In this document: in pieces, positions 22,701-37,700 of the stretch
Numbering within the stretch: the first letter of the stretch is position 1
Layout of the letters: each line of letters opens with the position of its first letter
Source: Nitrosopumilus sp.
GTDB taxonomy: Archaea > Thermoproteota > Nitrososphaeria > Nitrososphaerales > Nitrosopumilaceae
Direction: 5' to 3'
DNA length: 64,000 nt
NCBI GenBank assembly: GCA_965249555.1
Contig: OZ252243.1
Location: 1,568,001 to 1,632,000 of the forward strand
The notes under the pieces: model-generated
What the model was told of the DNA's origin: nothing
Seen by the model: the letters and a program-made list of their open reading frames with translations, nothing else
The model's database searches: none
Position numbers and translations under genes: made by a program

Positions 22701-25700
22701 ATTCCGGTACCCATACTGTCTACCACGCCAACTTATGCCGTCGACCAGTCTGCAATCGTTGGAACCTCTTTTGAGATTATCAGAATTGATGATGATACCA
22801 TAACAGTATCCTTTGATGCCATCAATGACGGGGAATATTATGCCCAGTGGGGAGAATCAGAGACTAGCCCCACTACCATAACAGGTGGCAACAGTGCATC
22901 TGTCCAAATTCCTATTGGCGACTATGCCGGCGTTGTCATCTTGTTCTTTGAGGATAACGAGGTTGCAAGGCAGCAGGTACCTGCCGTAACAAGCCCGATC
23001 AAAGACGGTACTCTGTCAGTCACTGATGATGCAGACGGAATCATAACCGTATCACTTACACCGGCATTTGCCGGCGCATTTTCTGTCGGCACCCATTCCC
23101 TGGATTCTGAAAAAATTCTCGGCGTACCGGATACCACGATAGTGATTACCCTGTATGTTGGCCATGGCTTTGCCGAGAATGTCTTTGTCTCATTCAATAA
23201 CATTATAGTTGCAAGGGTATTCGTAACGACTGTCCCTGAGACCCCGGCGCTTGTCCTTGGAGCCGTCACCGATACCAGCATTGCTCTTTCATGGGGTTCG
23301 GTGGATAATGCCGATAGATACACCCTGACCAGAACCGCTGATGGCACTGATGTAATAATAGTATCAGGCAACGTATTGACTTTCACTGATGAGGGTCTTG
23401 CTGCCGGAACCAATTACGTGTATGCCATTACGGCGACAACGCCTGAGGGCAGAACAAGTGCCACTTCTGCAGATCTTGCAGTGACTATCGGCTCTGCTGC
23501 GCAATCCTTTGACGTCATAGCAGACGGTGATGATGCATCCATATCCTTTACACCGCTAGTACCTGGCGATTTCACGATTGGATACGGCGATGATTCATCT
23601 AATGATATTGATGTCCCCATTGCAGCCGAGGATGTAGGTGAACCATCGACTAGCACGGTGCAAGTCGGCTATAATTTTAACGGCCCGGTCACCCTCTCCC
23701 TTGATAATGATATTATTGGCAGGATATTGATAGTCACCGAGCCTCCTCCTACCACACTTGATGCAACGGCAGTCACCGATACGAGCATCACTCTTGCATG
23801 GTCTTCACAGCTTGATGTCCATGAATATCAGCTGTACAGGAACGGCGCCCTCGTAGTTGCTACTGGCGAGCTGTCCTACACTGACACCGGACTGGCTGCT
23901 GCAACGGTTTACACTTATCACATCGAGTCGCATAATGATGTCTCCACAACAAGTGACCGATCTGCAGATTTGGATGTAACTACGCTTATAGAGCCACCCA
24001 GACTTGTGGCAGGGGAGATCACCACTACAAGCGTAGAGCTTACATGGGATGCAGTAGACGGTGCCCATGACTATTTCCTGTACCGAGATGGAGTAGATAT
24101 AGCATCAGTTACTGGCACAACGCACAAGGTCACTGAACTGGCTGCCGGAACGGAATATTCCTTTACTGCCGAGTCACGTAGCATTGATTCTGTGACAAGC
24201 CCGCTATCATCACCGCTATCCGTAAGGACCGTCCCTGACACTCCGGCACTCCGTGTTACGGGTACTACTTTTGACACTATAACATTATCATGGAGCCCGG
24301 TAAATGGTGCCGCAAGCTATACTCTGACCCGGGTTGTCGAAGGTGATGATGTGACGGTGTTCTCAGGCGACGCACTGACTGCCACTGATGAGAACCTGAG
24401 CCCTGCAACATCCTACAATTATATAATTACGGCTACAACTTCTGGCGGGACAAGCGCTCCCTCTGCCGAGTTTGCCGCAAGTACTGCATCGGCAGTTCCT
24501 ATAATCACCACATCATCTCAAATTGTCAATACGCCATCAATCACGATTGCCGGTACAACTGAATCTGGGAAAACAGTGGAACTATTCCAGGGAGAAACAT
24601 CAGCTGGTACGACAACTGCCGATGGAACAGGCAATTTTTCATTTGAAGTTACGCTGGCTGATGGTGCCAACTCTTTCACTGCAACGGCATCTGATGGAAC
24701 CGATACGTCTGCACCATCATCACCTGTAGTCATTACACTTGATACCATACCACCAATCATCACAGTTGATCCTCTTACCGTTACACTACCAGCCGGTTCA
24801 TCACAACCTGACTTGCTTGCCGGAGTCTCAACTGATGACAATTCCCCAGTCACTACAACTGGAACCGTTAATGTCAACACGCCAGGCGATTACACTATCA
24901 CTTATGATTCCACTGACGGTACAAATGCGGCTGTATCTGCAACCAGGACATACGCGGTAACTGCAATGCTTGAACCGTTTGTAACGGTTGTAAGAAATGA
25001 TGATAATTCCATCACGGTAACCTGGCGTGATATAGAAACTGACGATGGCACATATTTTGCTGTCGTTGAAAATACAAACAGTGATGAACTGGTCATGGTT
25101 GGTACGGGTCTGACCGGCAATTCCCACACTTTTTCTGATGCTAATCGTCTTGCATCACTAAATGAGGGCGATAGAATCGGGATATCTGGCAGTACTGATG
25201 GCAGCATCAATCTTGACACCCTGACATTTGTTGACACGGAAAAACCAGTAATCACGGTATTAGGATCTAGTGACACAATAGATGTATCTGAAATCAACAC
25301 TTACACTGTACCTGATGCCACTGTAACTGACAATGACCCTGCCTACTTTGAAGAAGTAGCAGTTTCTGGCGATACGCCTGACACCAGTGTTATAGGAGTA
25401 TACACCGTAACATATACTGCGCCAGCCGATGCGGCAGGCAACAAACCGGACCCACAATCAGTTGTAATTTCTGTGGTTGATCCCTCGATATCAATCGGAA
25501 TAACTTACACGGAAGGCCAGACGGCAATCGAGGAAGGCTCTTTTAGTGTTTTAGTAGATAGTGTTTTTACTGACAAAGTATTTGTACGATTTGAGCCCAA
25601 AAATAAAGGCACATACACTGCTATATTGGACGGAGTAACCAGAACTGTCCTTGTTACAGAATTCACTATAGATAACCGAGCAGACATCCCATTTGATTAT

Positions 25701-28700
25701 GAGGATTCCTATATTGGTAATATCGTCCTATCATTTGACGATAAGGAAGTTGCAAGGCAGACTGTAATGACTGGACCTGCACCTGATACTATAGCACCAC
25801 CAGTTCCTATAATTACCACATCATCTGAAACTGTCGGCTTATTCCCAATCATAATTGAAGGCGGTTCGACCGAATCCGGGGCAACCGTAGAACTATTCAA
25901 TGGAGGAACATCAGTTGGTACGACAACTGCCGATGGTTCAGGGAATTTCTCATTTACAGTAGTTGTACTGACTGAGGGTGCCAACTCTTTTACTGCAACG
26001 GCGTCTGATGGACCAAACACATCTGAAGCATCACCAGCTGTAGTCATTACACTTGATACCGAAAAGCCAGTAATCACGGTATTAGGATCCAGTGAGACAA
26101 TCAAGGTATCAGAAACCAACACTTACACAGAACGGGGCGCCACTGTGGATGATAATGACCCAGCTTACTCTGGAATAATAACAGTTACAGGCAATATCCC
26201 TGACACCCGCGTTGTAGGGAAATACACCGTAACATATACTGCGCCAGCTGATGCAGCAGGTAATGCACCGGACCAACAATCAATCATAATTACCGTAAAT
26301 GACTCTGGAGAAGATACGACACCCCCGGTAATCGCAGTAGATCCTCCTACCGTCACGCTGCCAGCTGGTTTGCCGCAACCTGACTTGACTGCCGGAGTCT
26401 CAACTGATGACAATTCCCCAGTTGTTACATCTGGAACCGTTAATACCATCAGGCCAGGCAATTACACTGTCACTTATGATTCTACAGATGCATCAGGCAA
26501 TGACGCAGTATCTGCAATCAGGACATACACGGTATCTGCTCCGGAGTACGCCCTCACCAGTGCTCCTCATGCTGACGGGGACAAGGTAATTCTAACCTTC
26601 ACATCCTCAAAGTCCGGTGATTTCACACTTGAACGCGCCGGCAGCAGTCCGGTTGACTTTGCAATTGAGGAAGGACGCACAGCGGAAACTATCACGGAAG
26701 CAGTCGGGTATGATTATGCTGGAGATATTATAATCTCAATTAGATACGGTGCCGAGGTTGCAAGGGTATCTGTAACGACAGGACCTGCGCTAATTGTGAC
26801 TGCGGTAAGAAGTCCGGACAATGCCGTCACCCTGACCTGGAGTAACATACTTGGGGCAGATTATGCCATTTATGTGGTTGAAGGCGGCGTGAATGTCAAA
26901 TTTACCGACTCTGCCAGCCCGTATCATATTACCATTCCTGAGGAACTTGCCCGGGTGGATGACAGTGAGGGCAATCAGATTGGCGTGGCCGGCATCACTG
27001 ATGGTGTATCTGGCGAGATAACATTTACAACAGTACCGCCCAAGACTCCCGCACTTGATTTCACGTCCACTGGTACAGGCATAACGCTCTCATGGGATGC
27101 AGTGAACGGTGCCGACAGCTACACCGTGACCCGGGTCACTGAGAGCGGCAATGCTGATGTGCCAATAACCGGACTGACTGCCACTGATGAGAGCTTGACT
27201 GCTGGAACAGAGTACAGGTATACCATTACGTCAACGTCCGGGGAACTGACAAGTCATCCTTCTGCCCAGTTTGCCGCAACCACTCTTGCTGCGCCTCAAA
27301 CAGTGCCAACTTACGCCCCTGACCAGACGGCAATCAAGGCAGGCTCTTTCAAGGTTGAGATCAGTCCCACTGCTACATTAGTAACATTTCTTCCCCTCAT
27401 GCCAGGCGATTACACTGTCACGTTGACTGACTTGCCGCCCAAAACTAGAACCTTTACGTCAGGTGATACGGGTGAAATACTATCTTATGTATTTAATCTT
27501 GAGAATCATCTTACTGGCGATATTGCCTTGTCATTTGACGGTGTCAATGTCGTAACGCATACCGTAACGATTGGCCCGCCCACACTTGGGACAGGAGACA
27601 TCACTGATACGAGCATTCGGATTGAATGGGATTCGGTGAATGATAACGCGGATTATGCCCTGTTCAGAATTGCTGACGACAATTTTGGTATAGAACTGGA
27701 AACAACCGCTAAATTGACTGCCACTGATAAGAACCTGGCTGCCGATACAGGGTACACCTATGCCGTTAGGGCAGCAGTTGGGGCAACAAGTGTTCTTTCT
27801 GACAGGTTTGATGCAAGGACTGCCGTAATACCTGATGACACACCGCCAGTAATCACTGCAAATCCCCGTACCGTCACGCTGCCTGCCGGTTCGCCGCAGC
27901 CTGACCTGCTTGCCGGAGTCACGACTGATGACGGTTCCCCAGTCACTGCATCCGGAGCTGTCAATACCGACACGCCCCGCAATTACGTTATCATTTATGA
28001 TTCTGCAGATGCATCAGGCAATGCAGCAGACCCCGTAACTAGAATATACGCGGTAACTATAGTACTCGAACCGTTTGTAACAGTCGTAAGAAATGATGAT
28101 AATTCCATCACGGTAATTTGGCGTGATATAGAAACTAGCGATGGTACATATTCTGTCGTTTTTAAAAATCCAAACAGTAGTCTGGCGTTCCTGATTAGGA
28201 CTGGTCTGACCGGCAATTCCCATACTTTTTCTGATGCTGCCAGTATTGCATCACTAAATAAGGCCGATAGGATCGGAGTATCTGATGGTGCTGGTGGCAG
28301 CATCAATTTTGACACCCTGACATATACTGATGCAGAAAAACCGGTAATCACGGTATTGGGATCTACTCAAACAATAGATCTGACTGCAACTGACACTTAT
28401 GCCGAACCTGGCGCCACTGTGGATGATAATGACCCGGATTACTCTGAGGAAGTGACAGTTACAGGCGATACCCCTGACACCAGCGTTATAGGGGAATATA
28501 CCGTATTGTATAATGCGCCAGCTGATGTGGCAGGCAACATACCGGATGAAAAATCAATCGTAATTACCATATCTGATATCACCCCGCCAACCTTTGACGT
28601 TGACGGCAACACGGATGACTATTCCACTAGAATACCGTTTGGCGGAACATACGCCCCGGGTAAAATTGCCAATAAATCTGACATCTCAGGAATTGCATCT

Positions 28701-31700
28701 GGCACAGTTGGCGGCAAATCAGTAAACGTTCATGTCTCAGCAGAGTATGCCGTAACTTACACTGTAACTGACAACAATGGACAGGCTGCAACAATCACTG
28801 AAACCGTTACGGTAGGCAATGATGAAGAAAAGCCAGTAATCACGGTATTAGGATCCAGTGAGACAATCGCAGTATCTGAAACCAACACTTACACGGAACC
28901 TGGCGCCACCGTAACTGACAATGACCCGGCTTACTCTGGAATAGTAACGGTTACGGGCAATGCACCTGACACCCGTGTTATAGGGGAATATACCGTATTG
29001 TATAATGCGCCAGCTGATGCGGCAGGCAACATACCGGAACAAAAATCAATCATAATTACTGTAAATGACTCTGGAGAAGATACGACACCCCCAGTAATCG
29101 CAGTAGATCCTCCTACCGTTATACTGCAAGCTGGCTCAGCACAACCTGTTCTCTTAGAAGGAGTCACAACTAATGATAATTTTCCAGTTACTACATCTGG
29201 AAATGTTGATATCGACACACCAGACGATTACATTATCACTTATGATTCTACAGATGCATCAGGCAATGACGCAGTATCTGCAATCAGGACATACACGGTA
29301 TCTGCCCCTGTGGAAACCATCACCGGTGTACCTACTTACGCAGCTGGCCAGACGGCAATCGAGGCAGGCTCTTTCAAGGTTGAAATCCGTCCCACTTTTA
29401 CATTGGTAACCTTTAATCCCCTCGTGTCAGGCGATTACACTGTCACGTTGGCCGACTTGCCGCCCCAAACCAAATCTTTTTCGTCAGATGATGCGGGCAA
29501 AATACTAGATTACGTATTTAATCTTGAGAGTCATTTTGCTGGCGATATCGCCTTGTCATTTGACGGTGCCAATGTCGTAACGCATACCGTAACGACTGGC
29601 CCGCCTGCACTTAGAGTGGGAACAGTCACTGATACGAGCATTCGGATTGAATGGGATTCGGTGGATGATGACGCGGATTATACCATGCTAAGGATTACTG
29701 ACGACAATCTTGGTATAAGACTGGCAACAACCGCTAAATTGACTGCCACTGATGAGCACCTGACTGCCGATACAGAGTACACCTATGCCGTTAGAGCGAC
29801 AGTTGGGGCAACAAGTGTTCTTTCTGACAGGTTTGATGCGAGGACTGATGTACCACCTGATATAGAAAAACCGGTAATCACGGTATTAGGATCCAGTGAG
29901 ATAATTAAGGTATCTGAAACCAACACTTACGTTGAACTTGGCGCCACCGTAACTGACAATGACCCAGCTTACACTGGAATAGTAACAGTCTCCGGTGATC
30001 CTAACACTAGTGTTGCAGGAGAATACACCGTAACATATACTGCACCATCTGATGCGGCAGGTAACATACCAGAACAAAAATCAATTGTAATTACAGTTAG
30101 AGATACCATAGCACCAGCAGTTCCTGCAATTAATCCATTACCTGCAACTGTCAATACACCATCATTCACGATTGAAGGTACGGCTGAGGCCGGGACAACT
30201 ATAACACTATTCAATGGAGCAACACCAGCTGGTACAGTAATTGCCGATGGTTCAGGTAGTTTCTCATTTGCAGGAGTTGAACTGTCTGAAGGTGCCAACT
30301 CATTCACTGCAACAGCATCTGATGGAGTCAACACGTCTGGTCCATCACCAGCTATAGTCATTACGCTTGATACTGAAACACCACCAGTTCCTGCAATTAC
30401 CACGCCATCTGAAACTGTTTCCTCATCATCATTCACGATTGAAGGTACGGCTGAGGCCGGGACAACTGTAGAACTATTCAATGAAGGATCAACAGTTGAT
30501 ACAATAACTGCTGATGGTGACGGGAATTTCTCATTTGCAGGAGTTGCACTAAATCCAGGTGCCAACACATTCACTGTAACAGCGTCTGATGGACCAAACA
30601 CATCTGACGCATCATCACCTGTAGTCATTACGCTTGATACTGAAACACCAGCAGTTCCTATAATCACCACCTCACCTGCAACTGTCAATACACCATCATT
30701 CACGATTGAAGGTACGGCTGAGGCTGGGACAACTGTAGAACTATTCAAGGGAGTGACACCAGCTGGTACGACAACTGCCGATTCAGGTAGTTTCTCATTT
30801 ACAGTTACACTGACTAAGGGTGAGAACTCATTTACTGTAACAGCGTCTGACGGACCAAACACATCTGACGCATCATCACCTGTAGTCATTACGCTTGATA
30901 CTGAAAAACCGGTAATCACGGTATTAGGATCTACCCAAAGAATTGAGTTAACTGCAACCAACACTTACACAGAACCTGGAGCTACTGTAAAAGATAATGA
31001 CCCAGCTTATTCTGAAGAAGTAACAGTCTCTGGTACGCCTGACACTAGTGTTGCAGGGAAATACACCGTAACATATACTGCACCGGCTGATGCAGCAGGT
31101 AACACACCAGATGAAAAATCAATTGTAATTACTGTATCTGACACAACACCGCCAACCTTTGATGTTGATGGTAACACAGTTGACTATGCAACTGCAGTAC
31201 CATTTGGCGGACCATACACCCCAGGTGTAATTACCAATCAATCTGATATCTCGGGAACTGCACCTGGTATAGTTGGCGGTGACTCGATAAATGTCAACAC
31301 TTCTGGAGAATATGTTGTAACTTACACTGTAACTGACAACAATGGATTATTTACTACCATCACTGAAACTGTAACAGTAGAATCTGATGTTACAGCACCA
31401 GCAGTTCCTGCAATTACCACATCACCTGCAACTGTTGGCGCATCACCAATCACAATTGATGGCGGTTCAACTGAAGCCGGAGCAACTATAGAACTATTCA
31501 ATGGAGCAACATCAGCTGGTACAGTAATTGCCGATGGTTCAGGGAATTTCTCATTTCCAAGAACTGTACTGTCTGAAGGTGCCAACTCATTCACTGCAAC
31601 AGCGTCTGATGGACCAAACACATCTGACGCATCATCACCTGTAGTCATTACACTTGATACCATACCGCCGGAAGCTCCTGCAATCACCACCTCACCTGCA

Positions 31701-34700
31701 ACTGTCGATACACCATCAATCACGATTGAAGGTACGGCTGAGGCCGGGACAATTGTAGAACTATTCAAGGGGGGAACATCAACTGGTGATACAGTAACTG
31801 CTGATTCGGGTGCTTTCTCATTTACAGTTACACTGACTGAGGGTGCCAACTCATTTACTGCAACAGCAACTGATGGACCAAACACATCTGACGCATCACC
31901 AGCTATAGTCATTACACTTGATACCATAGCACCAGTAATCACAGTTGATAAAGATTCATTCTCCGTTGAACTTGGAGAAACATACACAGCATTCACCTAT
32001 TCTGCAAATGATAACACTGACGGGGATATCACAGATAATGTAGTTGTTGGAGATACAGTTGATACCAGTGTAGATAATACCTACACTGTTACCTTTGATG
32101 TGGATGATGCGGCTGGAAACCATGCAGTAACAGTAACCAGGACAGTCACAGTTACACCTGATGCCACGGTGCCAACCATCACAGTCAATGAGGATTCGCT
32201 CTCCGTCGAGCTTGGAGGAACGTACGAGCTATTCACCTTTACTGCAAATGATAATACTGACGGGATTATCACCGGTGAGGTAGCTGTTGCTGGATATCCA
32301 GCTGATACCGATACAGCTGGAACCTATGATGTTACCTTTGATGTGGATGATGCGGCCGGAAACCATGCAGTAACAGTAGCTAGAACAGTTACAGTTACAG
32401 ATACCACAGCACCAGTAATCACACCAGCAGGATCTACCCAAACAATTGAGTTAACTCAAACCAACACCTACACAGAACAAGGCGCTATCGTAACTGATAA
32501 TGACCCAGTCTACACTGGAACAGTAGCAGTTACAGGTGCTACACCTGACACCCGTGTTGTAAAAGAATACACCGTAACATATACTGCACCGGCTGATGCA
32601 GCAGGTAACACACCAGATGAAAAATCAATTGTAATTACTGTAGTTGACACCACAGCACCAGAAGCTCCTGAAATCACCACCTCACCTGCAACTGTCAATA
32701 CACCATCATTCACGATTGAAGGTACGGCTGAAGCCGGGACAACTGTAGAACTATTCAATGAAGGATCAACAGTTGATACAATAACTGCCGATGGTGACGG
32801 GAATTTCTCATTTGCAGGAGTTGCACTAGATGAAGGTGAGAACTCATTCACTGTAACAGCGTCTGATGGACCAAACACATCTGCATCATCATCACCTGTA
32901 CTCATTACGCTTGATACCACAGCACCGGAAGCTCCCGAAATCACCACCTCACCTGCAACTGTCAATACACCATCAATCACGATTGAAGGTACGGCTGAGG
33001 CTGGGACAACTGTAGAACTGCTCAAGGGGGGAACATCAACTGGTGATACAGTAACTGCTGATTCGGGATCTTTCTCATTTGCAGTTACACTGACTGATGG
33101 TGCCAACTCATTCACTGCAACAGCATCTGATGGACCAAACACATCTGCTGCATCATCACCTGTAGTCATTACGCTTGATACTGAAACACCAGCAGTTCCT
33201 ATAATCACCACCTCACCTGCAACTGTCAATACACCATCAATCACGATTGAAGGTACGGCTGAGGCCGGAACAACTGTAGAACTATTCAAGGGAGTGACAC
33301 CAGCTGGTACGACAACTGCCGATTCAGGTAGTTTCTCATTTACAGTTACACTGACTAAGGGTGAGAACTCATTCACTGCAACAGCGTCTGATGGACCAAA
33401 CACATCTGACGCATCACCAGCTGTAGTCATTACGCTTGATACTATACCACCGGAAGCTCCCGAAATTACCACCTCACCTGCAACTGTCGGTTCATCATCA
33501 TTCACGATTGATGGTACGGCTGAAGCTGGGTCAACTGTGGAACTGTTCCGTGGAGTAACATCTGTTGATACAGTAACTGATGATGGTGACGGGAATTTCT
33601 CATTTACAGTTACACTGACTGATGGTGAGAACTCATTCACTGCAACAGCATCTGATGGACCAAACACATCTGACGCATCACCAGCTGTACTCATTACGCT
33701 TGATACCATATCACCATCTATCACAGTCAATGAGGATTCAATCTCCGTTGAACTTGGAGAAACATACACACCATTCACCTTTACTGCAGCTGATAACACT
33801 GATGGAGATATCACAGATGATGTAGTTGTTGGAGATACAGTTGATACCAATGCAGCTAATACTTACACTGTTACCTTTGATGTAGATGATGCGGCTGGAA
33901 ACCCTGCAGTTACAGTAACTAGAACAGTTACAGTTACAGATACCACACCACCAGTTATCACACCAACAGGATCCACCCAAAGAATTGAGTTAACTGCAAC
34001 TGACACCTACACAGAACAAGGCGCCGCTGTAACTGATAATGACCCGGCCTACTCTGGAACAGTAGCAGTCTCTGGTGATACACCTGACACCAGTAGCATA
34101 GGGGTCTACACCGTATTGTATGATGCACCAGATGATGCGGCAAATAACACACCAGACCAACAATCAATTGTAATTACTGTATCTGACACAACACCGCCAA
34201 CCTTTGATGTTGATGGTAACACAGTTGACTATGCAACTACAGTACCATTTGGCGGACCATACACTCAAGGTATAATTACCAATCAATCTGATATCTCAGG
34301 AACTGCACCTGGTATAGTTGGCGGTGAAACAGTCAATGTCAACACTTCTGGAGAATATGCTGTAACTTACACTGTAACTGACAACAATGGATTATTTACT
34401 ACCATCACTGAAACTGTAACAGTAGAATCTGATGTTACAGCACCAGCAGTTCCTGCAATTACCACATCACCTGCAACTGTTGGCGCATCACCAATCACAA
34501 TTGATGGCGGTTCAACTGAAGCCGGAGCAACTATAACACTATTCAATGGAGCAACATCAGCTGGTACAGTAATTGCCGATGGTTCAGGGAATTTCTCATT
34601 TCCAAGAACTGTACTGTCTGAAGGTGCCAACTCATTCACTGCAACAGCGTCTGATGGACCAAACACATCTGACGCATCATCACCTGTACTCATTACACTT

Positions 34701-37700
34701 GATACCATAGCACCAGCAGTTCCTGAAATTACCACCTCACCTGCAACTGTCAATACATCATCATTCACGATTGAAGGTACGGCTGAAGCCGGGACAACTG
34801 TGGAACTATTCAATGAAGGATCAACAGTTGATACAATAACTGCTGATTCGGGATCTTTCTCATTTACAGTTACACTGACTGAGGGTGCCAACTCATTCAC
34901 TGCAACAGCAACTGATGGACCAAACACATCTGACGCATCATCACCTGTAGTCATTACACTTGATACCGAAAAACCGGTAATCACGGTATTAGGATCTACT
35001 CGAACATCTGAATTAACTGCAACCGACACTTACACTGAACAAGGTGCCACTGTAAAAGATAATGACCCAGATTACTCTGAAACGGCAACACCCTCTGGTA
35101 ACACACCTGACACCAGCGTTGTAGGGGTATACACCGTATTGTATGATGCACCACCTGATGCAGCAGGCAACACACCAGACCAAAAATCAATTGTAATTTC
35201 TGTAGTTGATACCACACCGCCAACCTTTGATGTTGATGGTCACACAGGTGACTATTCCACTGCAGTACCATTTGGCGGAACATACACTCCAGGTGTAATT
35301 AACAATCAATCTGATATCTCAGGAACTGCACCTGGTACAGTTGGCGGTGAAACAGTCAATGTCAACGCTTCTGGAGAATATGTTGTAACTTACACTGTAA
35401 CTGACAACAATGGATTATTTGCTACCATCACTGAAACTGTAACAGTAGAATCTGATGTTACACCACCAATAATCACAGTAACTCCAGAAGAAATCACTCT
35501 TGAACTAAACTCACCTGCACCAGTACTTCTTGATGGAGTCACAACTGATGATGGCTCTACAATTACTACATCCGGAAATGTTGATGTTACCACAGTAGGC
35601 GATTACACTATCACTTATTCTTCAACTGATGGTACAAACCCAGCTGATGATAAAACCAGAATATACAAAGTAACTGCAGCACCTGATACAACAGAACCAA
35701 CTGAACTACCTGCACCTCCAACACTTGTCGCAGGAACAATCACTGAAACAAGAATTGAGATTACATGGGATGCAGTAAATGGTGCCAAGTTCTATTCGTT
35801 GTATAGAGATGGCAATTTAATAACAACTGTTTTGGATTCTGCTCTCGGTGATAATTTATCATACACTGATGATGTATTGACTTCTGGAACATCCTACACT
35901 TATCATGCCACATCAACTAATGATGCTGGGACAAGTGACAACTCTGAGGATCTAGTTGCAGCTACAACCATAGCATCAACTGAAAACCCATCTCTTGATG
36001 ATACAGAAAAACCAGTAATCACACCAGCAGGATCTAATACAACAATTGAGTTAACTGCAATCAACACTTACAATATACCTGGCGCTACTGTAACTGATAA
36101 TGACCCAAATTACTCTGAAACAGTAACAGTCTCTGGTGATACACCTGACACTAGTGTTATAGGAGTTTACACCGTAACATATACTGCACCGGCTGATGCA
36201 GCAGGTAACACACCAGATGAAAAATCAATTGTAATTTCTGTAGTTGATACCACACCGCCAACCTTTGATGTTGATGGTAACACAGCTGACTATGCAACTG
36301 CAGTACCATTTGGCGGACCATACACCCTAGGTGTAATTGCCAATCAATCTGATATCTCAGGAATTGTATCTAGTGACGTTGGCGGTGAAACAGTAAATGT
36401 CGACACTTCTGGAGACTATGTTGTAACTTATACCGTAACTGACAACAATGGATTATCTACTATCATCACTGAAACTGTAACAGTAGAATCTGATGTTACA
36501 GCACCACCCGTTCCTGCAATTACCACACCACCTGCAACTGTCAATACACCATCAATCACGATTGAAGGTACGGCTGAGGTCGGGACAACTGTGGAACTAT
36601 TCAATGAAGGATCAACAGTTGATACAATAACTGCCGATGGTGACGGGAATTTCTCATTTGCAGGAGTTGCACTAGATGAAGGTGCCAACTCATTCACTGC
36701 AAGAGCATCTGATGGAGTCAACACATCTGGTCCATCACCAGCTATAGTCATTACACTTGATACAACACCACCAGTAATCACAGTTGATCCTCTTACCGTT
36801 ACACTACAAGCTGACTCATTACAACCTGACTCATTACAACCTGACTTGCTTAAAGGAGTCTCAGCTGATGATGGCTCTACAGTTACTACAACTGGAAATG
36901 TTGATGTTAACACACAAGGCGATTACGATATCACTTATGATTCTGTAGATGCATCAGACAATGCAGCTGAATCTGTAACTAGAACATACACAGTACCTGC
37001 TCAAAGTACTGATGACACCGATAGTGGAGATGGTGGCATCACTAGTGTAACTCCTGGAACTGAAAAACCAAAGAAAAAAGGTGGAGATTCTAATGAATGG
37101 AAAACAAAGCCAACCTTTGGCAAACATTGGAATAATCAAGCAGTACAGCTAGTTGACAACGGCTTTGTCTTTAATGGCATGCCATTAACCATTACAAACA
37201 ACTGGCACACTGACTTTAATATGACTAACAGCATTATAGGTGATAACAATACAGTCCACATCAAAGGCTATGCAACAAATGGCCTAAAGTCGGTATCTCT
37301 ATCCCTTGGAGTTCCAGAAGTTGGCCTGAAAACTAATGCAGAGTCCCACATTATAGTAAATGTAAATAGCAACTATACCAGTCCTGCAGGCTATGACATT
37401 GCAGATATAGTCCATGAGCAAAAAGAGGTACTAGTAAATGAGGACATGACTAGCGCATCCATTGACAAAGTCAAATGTACATCATCAGATACTGCAGAGA
37501 GGTGTTTTGATGTTACCATATCATTTGTAATAATGGCACCATTATCCCATGAAGTATTGGCAATTAATGCAGTTGACAAACAACGTTATTCTACTACCAC
37601 ATATATCAACGAAGGTGTAGAGTTTACAGGTGAAGCATTGCTTGCAGCAGCAACTCATGAGTTAAAACAAAAGCATGGCAACCAGAATCCGTTTGAGACC

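Noticed and set aside
36813-36845. 15-bp tandem duplication (DSLQP x2), and a 9-bp one near 16992 (IVP x2)
   Set aside because: In-frame micro-duplications with no evident functional signal.
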